Source: Gemmatimonadota bacterium (GTDB lineage Bacteria > Gemmatimonadota > Gemmatimonadetes > Longimicrobiales > RSA9). From it: a stretch of 33,272 nt of DNA. Each line of letters starts with the position of its first letter. Position 1 is the first letter of the stretch. Both the position numbers and the translations under genes were made by a program. The stretch is from positions 21,547 to 54,818 of the forward strand of contig JBBDRO010000019.1 of assembly GCA_040905425.1 (NCBI GenBank), given 5' to 3'. The notes beneath the pieces are model-generated. The model was not told the origin of the DNA, did no database searches, and was given only the letters and a program-made list of their open reading frames with translations. This document shows positions 17,803 through 29,867 of the stretch, in pieces.

Positions 17803-18029
17803 CTCCGCCCCGTCGCCCCACGCGCGGCTGCGCGTGGAGCGGGCCTCAGGCGCCATCGCCTGGGGTTGGTGTCCCGCACTGGGACACTGGGCGGGGTGTG
17901 TGCGGGCCGACGCGGTAGCGCCGGACCGGCCGGCGGGGCATTCAGCAAGCCTCGCGCCGGCCCCGTCCACGCCGCTCATTGCCGAGCGGTGGACGGGCGG
18001 ATCGCCACACATGCGATCCGCTGGCAATG
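17803..18029. ncRNA. Candidate structured RNA between gcvP and rho
   Basis: Three adjacent hairpins closed by an outer stem (17803-17896), and two more hairpins with loop-tail complementarity (17962-18029); no known family recognised. Confidence 0.45.
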
Positions 18030-18134
18030 TGGGGGTGGGAGGCGCCGCGAGTGGGGCCGCCAGGGCGGCGAGAACAGCGCTCCCGTAGCGACGCGAGGCG
18101 CCGCCGGTACAACGAGATCAATCTAGCGGCCCCG

Positions 18135-21017
<2,883 letters not shown>

Positions 21018-21142
21018 GGCTCCGTCTGGGCCTGGGTGAATCCGGGTCTAGCCAGATGATTCTAATGCGTCGGCGCGGCGCTGAACATGGCCCGCACCAC
21101 GCGCATTTCTCAAGCGACGATCCCCGAGCCGGCACCCGTCCC

Positions 21143-22030
21143 ATGCGCCAACTTCACGCTCTCATCCCGCTCCTGGCGGCGCTCGGCGCCGCCCCGGCGG
21201 CGGCGCAAGCGCCCCCGCCGCTGGTGGTGGACACGCTGGCGCCGGGCCTCTACCGCATCGCCGGCCCGCCGGACGGCAGCGTGCTCGTGTGGCGCGCTGC
21301 GGAGGGGCCCGTGGTGGTGGATGGCCTCTCGCCCGCCCGCGCGGCGGCGCTGGACAGCCTCGTGCGCGCGCTGGCGGGCGGACCGCCGCGCGTGCTCGTC
21401 AATACGCACTACCACGAGGACCACCGCGGCCTGAACGCCCGCGCCAACGCCGCGGGCGCGCGCACCCTGGCGCACCCCCGCGCCATCCGCGAGATGCGCC
21501 GGGACACCACCATCACCGAGCTGGACTGGCGGCGCACCGCCGCGCCGGCCGCGGCACTCCCGCGCGAGGCGGTGGCGGACAGTGTGGTGCTCGGCGCGGG
21601 CGCGGAGCGCATGGTGGTCTTCGCGGTGGCGCCGGCGCATACGGGCGGGGACCTCATGGCCTGGCTGCCCGGCCCCGACGTGCTGCACACCGGTGACGTG
21701 GTGGAGATGGGCGCGTTCCCGTTCGTGGATCGCTGGGCGGGGGGCGGCATCGATGGCTTGATCGCCGGGGTGGGGATGGTGCTGGAGCGCGCCGGGCCGG
21801 CCACGCGCATCGTGCCTGGACACGGGCCGGTGGTGAACCGTACGCGGGTCCGTGCCTACCGGGACATGCTCGTCATGTTGCGTGAGCGGGTGATCCGTAC
21901 CATGGCGGGGGAGGACGTGGACGCGGTGCTGGCCGATCCGCGGGTGGCGGGGCTGGTGCCGGAATGGGGCAGCGCCAATCAGCTACGCTACTTCGTCACC
22001 GCGCTGCACGCGGAGCTCATCCGCCGCTGA
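21143..22030 (+). CDS. Secreted MBL-fold metallo-hydrolase (cyclase-like)
   Basis: Signal peptide, THYHEDH, AHTGGD, HTGD, VPGHG metal-ligand motifs. Confidence 0.88.
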   Translation: MRQLHALIPLLAALGAAPAAAQAPPPLVVDTLAPGLYRIAGPPDGSVLVWRAAEGPVVVDGLSPARAAALDSLVRALAGGPPRVLVNTHYHEDHRGLNARANAAGARTLAHPRAIREMRRDTTITELDWRRTAAPAAALPREAVADSVVLGAGAERMVVFAVAPAHTGGDLMAWLPGPDVLHTGDVVEMGAFPFVDRWAGGGIDGLIAGVGMVLERAGPATRIVPGHGPVVNRTRVRAYRDMLVMLRERVIRTMAGEDVDAVLADPRVAGLVPEWGSANQLRYFVTALHAELIRR

Positions 22031-22045
22031 CACGCGGCCGGTCGG

Positions 22046-22612
22046 TCAGCGTCTCCACTCCTCCACGAAGATGGCTGCCTGGAGCTGCAGCGGCGCCGCC
22101 AGGAACGGCGCCAGCGGCATGGGTTGGCTGGGCAGCGCCCCCACGAACAGCCACACCGCCGCGCCGAGCAACGAGGACGCGGCGGAGGCCGCCAGCAGGC
22201 TGCCTGGTGAGGGATTGGCAATGTGCACGCCGAGCGGAATGAGCAGCGCGCCGCCCACCATGGCGCCGCCCGCACCGCGGTCCCGGCGGCAGTCCTTCGT
22301 GCAGTTCCGGCCCGCTGTGGCGCTTCCCATCGTGGTGCCCGCCAGCATGCCGATGACGCCCAGGAAGAACCCGGAGCCGGTCATGCCGGCCATGGGGCTC
22401 TCATCCGGATCCTGAAAGGACAGGGTCACCGGCCCGGTCACCGGGACCGGTGCCAGGAGCGCCGCCGCGCGCGGGGAGGGAGCCCAGCGCGTGGCGCTCT
22501 CCTGCGCCCGCGCCGCCCCGGGAGTGAGCACGCCCGCGAGCAACATACCCGCGAGCAGCACGCCCGCGCCGGGGAGTGTTCGAAGCGCAGCAACAGACCT
22601 TGGCTCTCTCAT
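22046..22612 (-). CDS. Hypothetical exported/membrane protein
   Basis: Signal-like N-terminus ending ARA-Q, several Gly/Ala-rich hydrophobic segments, CTKDC loop. Confidence 0.65.
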   Translation of the reverse strand: MREPRSVAALRTLPGAGVLLAGMLLAGVLTPGAARAQESATRWAPSPRAAALLAPVPVTGPVTLSFQDPDESPMAGMTGSGFFLGVIGMLAGTTMGSATAGRNCTKDCRRDRGAGGAMVGGALLIPLGVHIANPSPGSLLAASAASSLLGAAVWLFVGALPSQPMPLAPFLAAPLQLQAAIFVEEWRR

Positions 22613-22761
22613 GGAGTGTGCCCCGATAGCGGTGAGTGGCGGCAGGGGAGCTGGGCGCCGATCCTGAAATCTGACCGGCACGGGGCGGTGCCACAAGGAG
22701 AGCGCCGCCGAGCGGCCCCCGGAAACCTGGCCGCGCATACTTCCTGCAACCGGGCCGCCCC

Positions 22762-23982
22762 ATGCCTTCCAAGGAGCAGGATGAGCGGACGTACCGGAGC
22801 GGCCGGACCAGCGGCGCCAGCTCCCGTGGCCGGCGCGGCGGCCGCGCTGCGGCGCGCCCCGTAAGACGCGCGGGTGGCGTACGGCGCGTCGGCGCGTATC
22901 GACGGGCGGCGCAGCGCCGCCTGAAGTCCTTCCGTCAGGGCTCCGTACTGGCGGTGGGCATCACCGGGCTGGCGCTCCTGCTGATCGGGGAGCCCGGCGC
23001 CTCGCAGGATTCGGTGGCGGCCGACCCCGCGCGCTCCGTGGAGGAGGCCACCGGCACCGTGCGGGAGCTGGTGCTGGGCGCCTGGGGCATCCTGCCCAAG
23101 GTGGCCATCGCGCTGGGCGTGCTGCTGCTGGCCGGAGTGCTGTCGTGGCTGGTGCGGCGCCTGCTGCGCGCCACCTTCGGCCGCTTCGAACAGGCCGACG
23201 CGGCGGCCGCGCTGACGGCGGTGATCATCTGGGTGCTGGCCATTGCCGCGGCGCTCAGCATCGTGGCGGGTGACGCGCGCGCGCTCATCGGCTCGGTGGG
23301 GCTGGTGGGGCTGGCGCTGTCCTGGGCGCTGCAGGGTCCCATCGAGAGCTTCACGGCCTGGCTGCTGAACTCCTTCAAGGGCTACTACCGGCCAGGGGAC
23401 CGCATTGCCGTGGGAGAGGTCTTCGGGGACGTCTACCGCATCGACATCCTGACCACCACGGTGTGGGAGTCCGGCGGCGCCGGGAAGGCGGTGCAGGCGG
23501 CGCAGCCGACGGGCGCGCTGATCACCTTCCCGAATTCCGAGCTGCTGCGGGCCAACGTGATCAACTACACGCGGGACTTCCCCTACGTATGGGACGAGGT
23601 GGTGGCCGGCGTGGCCAACGAGAGTGATCTGGTGTACACGCGCCGCGTGGTGACGGAGATCGCGCGGCAGGTGGTGGGTCCCGTCATGCACGAGCCGGCG
23701 CGCCAGTACCGTGAGCTCCTGGAGCGCAGCGGGCTGCACATGGACGTGGCGGAGGAGCCCGAGGTCTACATGGCGCCCACGGACGCATGGATGAACGTGG
23801 TGGTGCGCTACCTGGTGCCCGCCCGGGAGCGCCGGCGCTGGTCCAGCACCCTGCATCAGGCGCTGGCCCGCGGCATGGGCGCGCCGGAGCACCGCGGCCG
23901 CATCCTGGCCGCCTACCCACGCACCGTGGTCCAGCACGTGGATCCGGCGGGCCCGGACGGCGCGATCGCCGCGGGGAGCTGA
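22762..23982 (+). CDS. Mechanosensitive ion channel, MscS family
   Basis: TM helices, GLVGLALSWALQ pore helix, YRPGDRIAVGEVFGDVYRI, ITFPNS, VINYT; start codon uncertain. Confidence 0.9.
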   Translation: MPSKEQDERTYRSGRTSGASSRGRRGGRAAARPVRRAGGVRRVGAYRRAAQRRLKSFRQGSVLAVGITGLALLLIGEPGASQDSVAADPARSVEEATGTVRELVLGAWGILPKVAIALGVLLLAGVLSWLVRRLLRATFGRFEQADAAAALTAVIIWVLAIAAALSIVAGDARALIGSVGLVGLALSWALQGPIESFTAWLLNSFKGYYRPGDRIAVGEVFGDVYRIDILTTTVWESGGAGKAVQAAQPTGALITFPNSELLRANVINYTRDFPYVWDEVVAGVANESDLVYTRRVVTEIARQVVGPVMHEPARQYRELLERSGLHMDVAEEPEVYMAPTDAWMNVVVRYLVPARERRRWSSTLHQALARGMGAPEHRGRILAAYPRTVVQHVDPAGPDGAIAAGS

Positions 23983-24034
23983 CGCGCGAGCCGCCTTGGC
24001 GCCCGCGTGGTCGGGCGTTTAGCTTGCAGCCAGA

Positions 24035-26806
24035 ATGCCTCCCCAGTGGAATGCGGAAATCCGGCGACGGGCCTATGGCTTCGGTGTCACCACGGTGGCG
24101 CTGCTGGCCGGGGCCGTGCTGCTGCGTGGCACCGCAGGCACTTCGGGGCCCACGTTCCACGCGCTGGTGGAGATCCTGGCCACCGTGCTGGCGCTGCTGG
24201 CCGGCGCGCTGGCGCTGGTGCGCTACCAGTCGCGCCGCGACGATCTCATCCTGCTGGTGGGCGCGGGCCTGCTGGGCGCGGCGTTGCTCGACGCCTACCA
24301 TGCGCTGGTCACCACGCCCATGGTGGTGGGAGCGGGCCGCCTGACGCTGAACGCCGTCTCACCCTGGAGCTGGCTCTCCTCCCGTCTCTATCTGTCGGTC
24401 TTCTTGCTGCTCAGCGTGCTGGCCTGGAGCCGCCAGGAGAGCGCCCCGGATGGTGCGCGCGTGGCGCGGTCCACGGTGTACGGCGCCATGGCCATCCTGG
24501 CCTCGGCCAGCTTTCTGATCTTTGCCCTGCTGCCGTTGCCGCGCGCGCTCCATCCCGAGCTCTTTCTCCATCGGCCGCAGGAAGTGGTTCCGGGGATTCT
24601 TTTCCTTGCCGCCCTGGTCCTGCACGTGCGCGATGGCGGCTGGCGCTACAACGCCTTTTCCTTCTGGTTTGCCCTCGCGCTGCTGCTGGGCGCCGGCGTG
24701 CAGCTCCTGTACATGCCGTTTTCCGCCACACTCCACGACCGCTGGTACGACGCGGCCCACGTGCTGAAGGCGGCCAGCTACGGCGCGGTCCTCACCGGCC
24801 TGATGAAGAGCGTCTTCTACACGTATCGGCTGCTCGAGGAGAGCACCGTCGAACTGGCCACCGCAAACGAGCAACTGCAGGCGGAGGTGCGGGTGCGGCA
24901 GGCCGCCGAGGCACAGGTGCTGGAGCGCGAGGAGCGGCTCACCGACCTGCTGGACCACGCGCACGACCTCATCCAGATCACGGGGCCGCACGGGCGCATC
25001 CAGTATACGAACGACGCCTGGCAGCGCACGCTGGGCTACCCGGCGGCCGAGGCCACGGGCATGAACATCCTGGACCTGGTGGATGCCGATCGGCGGGCGG
25101 CCGCCGCGGCCGCCTTCCAGCGCGCGCTCGGCGGCGATGACGTGCCCGACATCGAGACCGTCCTGGTCAGTCGGGACGGTCGGCGGGTCACCGTGGTGGG
25201 GGGCATCAACTGCCGCTTCGAGAACGGCCGGCCGGTGGCCACGCGGGCCATCTTCCGGGACGTTACCGAGGCCAAGCGGGCGGGGCGCGAGCTGGAGATC
25301 GAGAAGACCTACCTGGAGCGTCTTTTCGAGCATGCGCCGGAGGCCATTGTCCTCATGGACGGGGACGAGCGCATCACCCGCATCAACGCCGAGTTCACCC
25401 GCATGTTCGGCTACACCCCTGGGGAGGCGCTCGGGCGCAACCTGGGGGAGCTGATCGTTCCGGACGAGGCCCGCTCGAGTGCCACCGAGGCCACCCGCCA
25501 GGTGAGCGGCGGTGAGACGGTGAGCTTCGAGTCGGTGCGCCGCCACAAGGACGGCCGCCGCGTGGAGGTCTCCGTGCTGGGCACGCCTATCGACCTGGTA
25601 GACGGCTCGCGCGCCGTCTACGGCATCTACCGGGACGTGAGTGAACGGAAACGCACCCGCGAGCGCCTACGCGAGAGCGTGGAGCGGCTGCAGGCGCTGG
25701 TCCTGGCATCCCCGCTGGCCATCTTCGGCTGGAAGGAGGCGGAGGTGGTGGGCGGGCCGCTGCCCATCATCCCGTCGGGGGAGGCCGGCAGCTTCCGTGA
25801 CCTCTTCGGGCGCGCCATGGGCGGCGAGCCGCTCTACAACGTGGAGCTGGTGCGAACCCGTAAGGACGGCCGCGCCGTCCACATCAGCCTCTCCTCCGCG
25901 CCGCTCTACCGGGCCGACGGCGCGGTCACGGGCATCATGGCCATGGCCAATGACGTCACCGACCGCAAGCGTGCCGAGGAGGCGCTGGCCCGGGCCAAGG
26001 TGCAGGCGGAGGAGGCCAACCGCGCGAAGAGTGATTTCCTGGCCCGCATGAGCCACGAGCTGCGCACGCCCCTGAACTCCGTGATCGGCTTCACCAAGGT
26101 GCTGCTCAAGAACCGCGGCGGAAACCTCACGGAGGCGGACACCACCTACCTGTCCCGCATCGCGGCCAACGGCGAGCACCTGCTGGCGCTCATCAATGAC
26201 ATCCTGGACCTCTCCAAGGTGGAGGCTGGCAGGATGGAGCTGGAACTCGGGCCGGTGGACATCGGTGACCTGGTGACCGAGACCGTGGCGCAGCTCGAAG
26301 GGCGCGTGTCGGGCGGCGAGGTGGCGCTCGTGGCGGACATCCCGCCGGGGCTCGAGCCGCTCGAGGCCGACCGCCACAAGCTCAAGCAGGTGCTCATCAA
26401 CCTGGTGGGCAACGCGCTCAAGTTCACTGAACGGGGTGAGGTGAAGGTGGCCGTGCGTGCCGCGCGGGAGGGCGACCAGCCCGATGCGGTGGAGGTGATC
26501 GACACCGGGATCGGCATCCCCGCCGACCGCCTGGGCAGCATCTTCATCCCCTTCGAGCAGGCGGAACAGAGCACCACGCGCCGCTTCGGGGGCACGGGGC
26601 TGGGCCTCAGCATTTCCAGCCGGCTCACCGAGATGATGGGGTTCCATCTGGAGGTGCGCAGCCAGCTCGGCCAGGGCTCCACCTTCAGCATCGTCTTCGC
26701 CCCGACCGAGCAGGGAGCCCAGGACGGGATCGAGGATGAGGCCGGGGCGGGCGCCGGCGGGCCGGCGCTGGCGCCCCGGCGCGAGGAGGGGGCGGCCGGA
26801 GCGTGA
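24035..26806 (+). CDS. Membrane sensor histidine kinase (multi-TM input, 3 PAS, HisKA, HATPase)
   Basis: About 7 TM segments, three PAS/PAC repeats, KSDFLARMSHELRTPLN, NLVGNALKFT, DTGIGI, GGTGLGL. Confidence 0.93.
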   Translation: MPPQWNAEIRRRAYGFGVTTVALLAGAVLLRGTAGTSGPTFHALVEILATVLALLAGALALVRYQSRRDDLILLVGAGLLGAALLDAYHALVTTPMVVGAGRLTLNAVSPWSWLSSRLYLSVFLLLSVLAWSRQESAPDGARVARSTVYGAMAILASASFLIFALLPLPRALHPELFLHRPQEVVPGILFLAALVLHVRDGGWRYNAFSFWFALALLLGAGVQLLYMPFSATLHDRWYDAAHVLKAASYGAVLTGLMKSVFYTYRLLEESTVELATANEQLQAEVRVRQAAEAQVLEREERLTDLLDHAHDLIQITGPHGRIQYTNDAWQRTLGYPAAEATGMNILDLVDADRRAAAAAAFQRALGGDDVPDIETVLVSRDGRRVTVVGGINCRFENGRPVATRAIFRDVTEAKRAGRELEIEKTYLERLFEHAPEAIVLMDGDERITRINAEFTRMFGYTPGEALGRNLGELIVPDEARSSATEATRQVSGGETVSFESVRRHKDGRRVEVSVLGTPIDLVDGSRAVYGIYRDVSERKRTRERLRESVERLQALVLASPLAIFGWKEAEVVGGPLPIIPSGEAGSFRDLFGRAMGGEPLYNVELVRTRKDGRAVHISLSSAPLYRADGAVTGIMAMANDVTDRKRAEEALARAKVQAEEANRAKSDFLARMSHELRTPLNSVIGFTKVLLKNRGGNLTEADTTYLSRIAANGEHLLALINDILDLSKVEAGRMELELGPVDIGDLVTETVAQLEGRVSGGEVALVADIPPGLEPLEADRHKLKQVLINLVGNALKFTERGEVKVAVRAAREGDQPDAVEVIDTGIGIPADRLGSIFIPFEQAEQSTTRRFGGTGLGLSISSRLTEMMGFHLEVRSQLGQGSTFSIVFAPTEQGAQDGIEDEAGAGAGGPALAPRREEGAAGA

Positions 26807-26848
26807 CGCCCCGCGCCGGGAGGTGCGCAGGGACGTCGCTTACCAGGG

Positions 26849-27367
26849 TCAGAAGCGGATGCCGATGGAGATCGGCAGCGTCTGCTGGTTCAGACCGTCG
26901 GTGAAGACGTGGTGGAAGCGGGCCTCCAGCCAGAGGGCGTAGCCGACCATGCCGATGTCCACGCCCGCGCCGGCGTTCACGCCGAGATGGGTGCCGCCTT
27001 CCAGCCCCGGGCCGTCCACGCTCAGGTCGTAGACGCCCGCGCCCGCCAGGACGTACGGGGAGAAGCCGGCACCGGGCGCGCTCAGCACGGCGCTGAGGAA
27101 GGCGGCCAGCTGCCGCGTCTCCACGTCCTGGCCGTCCAGCTCCTGGTAGAGCAACTCGGCGCGCAGCCCCAGCGGGATGATGGCGGCGCCGAAGTTGACG
27201 GCGGCCTGCGCGTGCCAGCCGGCGTCCACCAGCTCCGCCAGATCGCCGACGGGGAAGGTGGGTCCGCCCGCCACGCCGAAGGAGACGGCGGGCCGCTGGG
27301 CAGCTACCGGCGCCGCCAGCGCGGCCATGACGAGCAGGGCCGCACGGGCGGCCAGGGGATGTCTCAT
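26849..27367 (-). CDS. Outer membrane beta-barrel protein
   Basis: Signal peptide ending VAA-Q, amphipathic strands, PYVLAGAG, C-terminal ISIGIRF beta-signal; GGAGG SD. Confidence 0.85.
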   Translation of the reverse strand: MRHPLAARAALLVMAALAAPVAAQRPAVSFGVAGGPTFPVGDLAELVDAGWHAQAAVNFGAAIIPLGLRAELLYQELDGQDVETRQLAAFLSAVLSAPGAGFSPYVLAGAGVYDLSVDGPGLEGGTHLGVNAGAGVDIGMVGYALWLEARFHHVFTDGLNQQTLPISIGIRF

Positions 27368-27474
27368 GATGCCCTCCCGAAGGGGTGCAGGTGGCAGCCG
27401 CATACCGGTCCGCCGTATTAGTGGGTACCGGGCGGCGCCCCCGCCTTGTTCCATTTCGACGTCCAGGAGCCGCC

Positions 27475-28455
27475 ATGGCCGGGCCCGCGCGACCGCAGCT
27501 GAGGGTCTTTCACGAGGAGGAGATCCGCCGCCGGGTGGGCCCCACGGCCGCACTGCGCTCCGCGGAGCGCGCCTTCACCGCCCTGGCGGAGGGCGGTGTG
27601 GTGCAGCCGCCGCCGCTGGCGCTGGAGCTGCCGGAGGCGCGCGGGGAGACGCATGTGAAGGGCGCCTGGATACGCGGTGCCCCCATCTTTGCCATCAAGG
27701 CCGCCACCGGTTTCTACGGCAACGCGGAGCGCGGCCTGCCCACCGGCTCCGGGCTCCTGCTGGTCTTCGACGCCGCCACCGGCTTCCCGCTGGGGCTGCT
27801 GGCCGACAACGGCTACCTGACGGAGCTGCGCACGGCCGCGGCGGGCGCGCTGGCCGCGCGGCTCCTGGCGGCGGAGCGACCGGAGCGGGTGGCCGTCGTC
27901 GGCACCGGTGTGCAGGCGCGCTTCCAGCTGCGCGCGCTGGCGGAGGTGCGCCAGTGGCGCGAGACGGCCGCGTGGAGCCCTTCGTCCGCCCATGTGGAGG
28001 CGTACTGCACGGAGATGGCGGGCGTGGGCGGCGCGGCGTGCGTGGCCGCCCCGGACGTGGAGGCGGCCGTGCGGGCCGCCGACCTGGTCATCACCGTGAC
28101 GCCGGCGCGCAGCCCGCTCCTGCTGGCCGGCTGGCTGGCGCCCGACGCCACCGTGGTGGCCGTGGGCTCCGACGGCCCGGTGAAGCAGGAGCTGGCGCCC
28201 GCCGTGCTCGGCGCGGCGGCGCGGGTGGTGGCGGATCTGCCCGCGCAGGCCGCCCGCCTCGGGGAGGTGCATCACGCCGTGGACGCGGGTGTGCTGACGC
28301 TGGACGCCGTGGAGGCGCTCGGGGACATCGTGCTCGGGCGCCGCCCGCCGCGCGAGGGCGGCGGGATCATCATCTGTGACCTGACCGGCCTGGGGGTGCA
28401 GGACGCCGCGCTGGCGGAAGTGGCGTGGGCGGCGTTGACGGAGGGCGCGGCATGA
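27475..28455 (+). CDS. Ornithine cyclodeaminase/mu-crystallin family protein
   Basis: HVKGA, GFYGN, DNGYLTELRTAAAG, VGTGVQA, AVGSD, DLTGLGVQD; AGGAG SD. Confidence 0.92.
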   Translation: MAGPARPQLRVFHEEEIRRRVGPTAALRSAERAFTALAEGGVVQPPPLALELPEARGETHVKGAWIRGAPIFAIKAATGFYGNAERGLPTGSGLLLVFDAATGFPLGLLADNGYLTELRTAAAGALAARLLAAERPERVAVVGTGVQARFQLRALAEVRQWRETAAWSPSSAHVEAYCTEMAGVGGAACVAAPDVEAAVRAADLVITVTPARSPLLLAGWLAPDATVVAVGSDGPVKQELAPAVLGAAARVVADLPAQAARLGEVHHAVDAGVLTLDAVEALGDIVLGRRPPREGGGIIICDLTGLGVQDAALAEVAWAALTEGAA

Positions 28456-28523
28456 GGCGGCGGCGCGGTCCCGTGGACGGCCAGGCCGGAGGCGGCGGAG
28501 CCGACCCGAGGGCGGCCCCATGA
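28452..28523 (+). CDS. 23-aa bridging mini-ORF from a duplicated kinase 5' end
   Basis: MRRRRGPVDGQAGGGGADPRAAP*, with ATGA overlaps to both neighbours; 27 of 32 nt identical to the kinase start. Confidence 0.4.
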   Translation: MRRRRGPVDGQAGGGGADPRAAP

Positions 28524-29410
28524 AGCGGTGGCAAGGTCCCGTGGACGGTCTCGGCCTGGCTTCCGCCGCCGCCGTAACCGTCGGCGCCGCCGCGGGCGTG
28601 GCGGCCGTGTGGCTGGCGGTGTCCCGCGGGCCGCTCATGGGCAATCCACCCGTGCCGCTCATGCTGGCACTGGGCTCCACGCTGGCGCTGGCCCTGGCAC
28701 TCGTGTGCTGGCGGGAGCGGGAGGCGCGGCGTACGCGGCGCGCCTTCGTAGACTCCGTGTCCCACGAACTGCGCACCGCCCTGGCGCAGATCCGCCTGTT
28801 CACGGAGACGCTGCGGGCCGATCGCGCGCGTACGCCCGAGGACCGCGAGCGCTCGGTGGCCATCATCGGCCAGCAGGCGCGCCGCCTGGAGCACCTGGTG
28901 GAGACCGTGCGCAGCTACGACGCGCTGGCCCGCGACGGCGTGGTGCTGAAGCCCCGTGCCGTGCCGGCGGCCGGCGTGCTGGAGGACGCCCGCCAGCACT
29001 TCGCAGCGCTCGCGGCCTCGCGCGGCATAAAACTGGAAACAGAGGTCCCTCACGGACTTACGATCTTTGCTGACGCCGATGCGCTGACCCAGATCCTGGC
29101 CAGTCTGCTGGACAATGCCGTGAAGTACGGGACCGGGGGTGGGGTGGTGCGCATGGGCGCCGAACCGGGCGTGGCGTATGCCCGCCTGTGGATCGAGGAC
29201 GAGGGGCCGGGAGTGCCGGCGGCGGACCGGGAGTCCGTGTGGGAGCCCTTCCGCCGCCTCTCCCGCGACCCGGAGAGCGCCACGGGGGGCGGGGGCCTCG
29301 GCCTCACCGTGGTACGCGCGCTGGTGCGCCTGCACGGTGGTCGCTGCTGGGTGGAGGATGCCCCCGCGGGCGGGGCGCGCTTCGTGGTGGAACTACCCGA
29401 CCCCGCCTGA
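28520..29410 (+). CDS. Small 2-TM sensor histidine kinase
   Basis: Two TM segments, VSHELRT, LLDNAVKY, DEGPGV, GGGLGL; no adjacent response regulator. Confidence 0.9.
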   Translation: MKRWQGPVDGLGLASAAAVTVGAAAGVAAVWLAVSRGPLMGNPPVPLMLALGSTLALALALVCWREREARRTRRAFVDSVSHELRTALAQIRLFTETLRADRARTPEDRERSVAIIGQQARRLEHLVETVRSYDALARDGVVLKPRAVPAAGVLEDARQHFAALAASRGIKLETEVPHGLTIFADADALTQILASLLDNAVKYGTGGGVVRMGAEPGVAYARLWIEDEGPGVPAADRESVWEPFRRLSRDPESATGGGGLGLTVVRALVRLHGGRCWVEDAPAGGARFVVELPDPA

Positions 29411-29477
29411 TCGGGGGTTGCACGCGGCCCCCGGGCGGACCATCGTGGGGCAAGTGCATCCCACCCCATGGAGCGCC

Positions 29478-29864
29478 ATGATCCACGCCGAGACCGAGGG
29501 GATTCGCGTCAGCGTCCGCCCCGTCTACTCCCCTGGCCACTCCGATCCGGAGGGCCCGCGCCACGTCTTTGTCTACTACGTACGCATCGAAAATGTGGGG
29601 GAGGAGCCCGCGCGGCTGCGCTGGCGTCACTGGGACATCCACGACGCCGAGGCCGGCGCGAGCCAGGTGGAAGGCGAGGGCGTCATCGGCCAGCAGCCCC
29701 TCCTGGAGGCGGGCTGCGTGCACGAGTACAACAGCTACTGCGTGCTGCGCGGCACCGAGGGGCACATGGAGGGCTGGTACGAGCTGGAGCGCCCCGACGG
29801 CAACCGCTTCCGTGCGGCCATCCCGCGCTTCCATCTGCGCACGGACGCGGCGGTGTTGAACTGA
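29478..29864 (+). CDS. apaG: ApaG protein
   Basis: TEGIRVSVRP, VFVYYVRIEN, RWRHWDI, VEGEGVIGQQP, YNSYC, GHMEGWY, IPRFHL. Confidence 0.93.
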   Translation: MIHAETEGIRVSVRPVYSPGHSDPEGPRHVFVYYVRIENVGEEPARLRWRHWDIHDAEAGASQVEGEGVIGQQPLLEAGCVHEYNSYCVLRGTEGHMEGWYELERPDGNRFRAAIPRFHLRTDAAVLN

Positions 29865-29867
29865 ACT

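Noticed and set aside
17772..18134. rnpB, tmRNA, SRP RNA or tRNA in the rho-gcvP gap, and C-richness as proof of rut sites
   Set aside because: Hallmark sequences such as GAGGAAAGTCC, the T-loop GTTCGA and the SRP GGAAG loop are absent; C-richness of the minus strand can be explained by replication skew
21018..21142. Glycine riboswitch upstream of gcvP
   Set aside because: The gap is short and lacks GGAGA/CCGAAG/CTCTCAGG motifs on the minus strand
21143..22030. MBL-fold protein as a beta-lactam resistance gene
   Set aside because: HxHxDH...TGD...GHG is the general MBL superfamily pattern; nothing specific supports antibiotic hydrolysis
22781..22864. Short ORF with AAGGAG SD inside the MscS 5' region, suggesting a frameshift
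   Set aside because: The MscS frame is open from 22762 and the short peptide is low-complexity; not enough evidence
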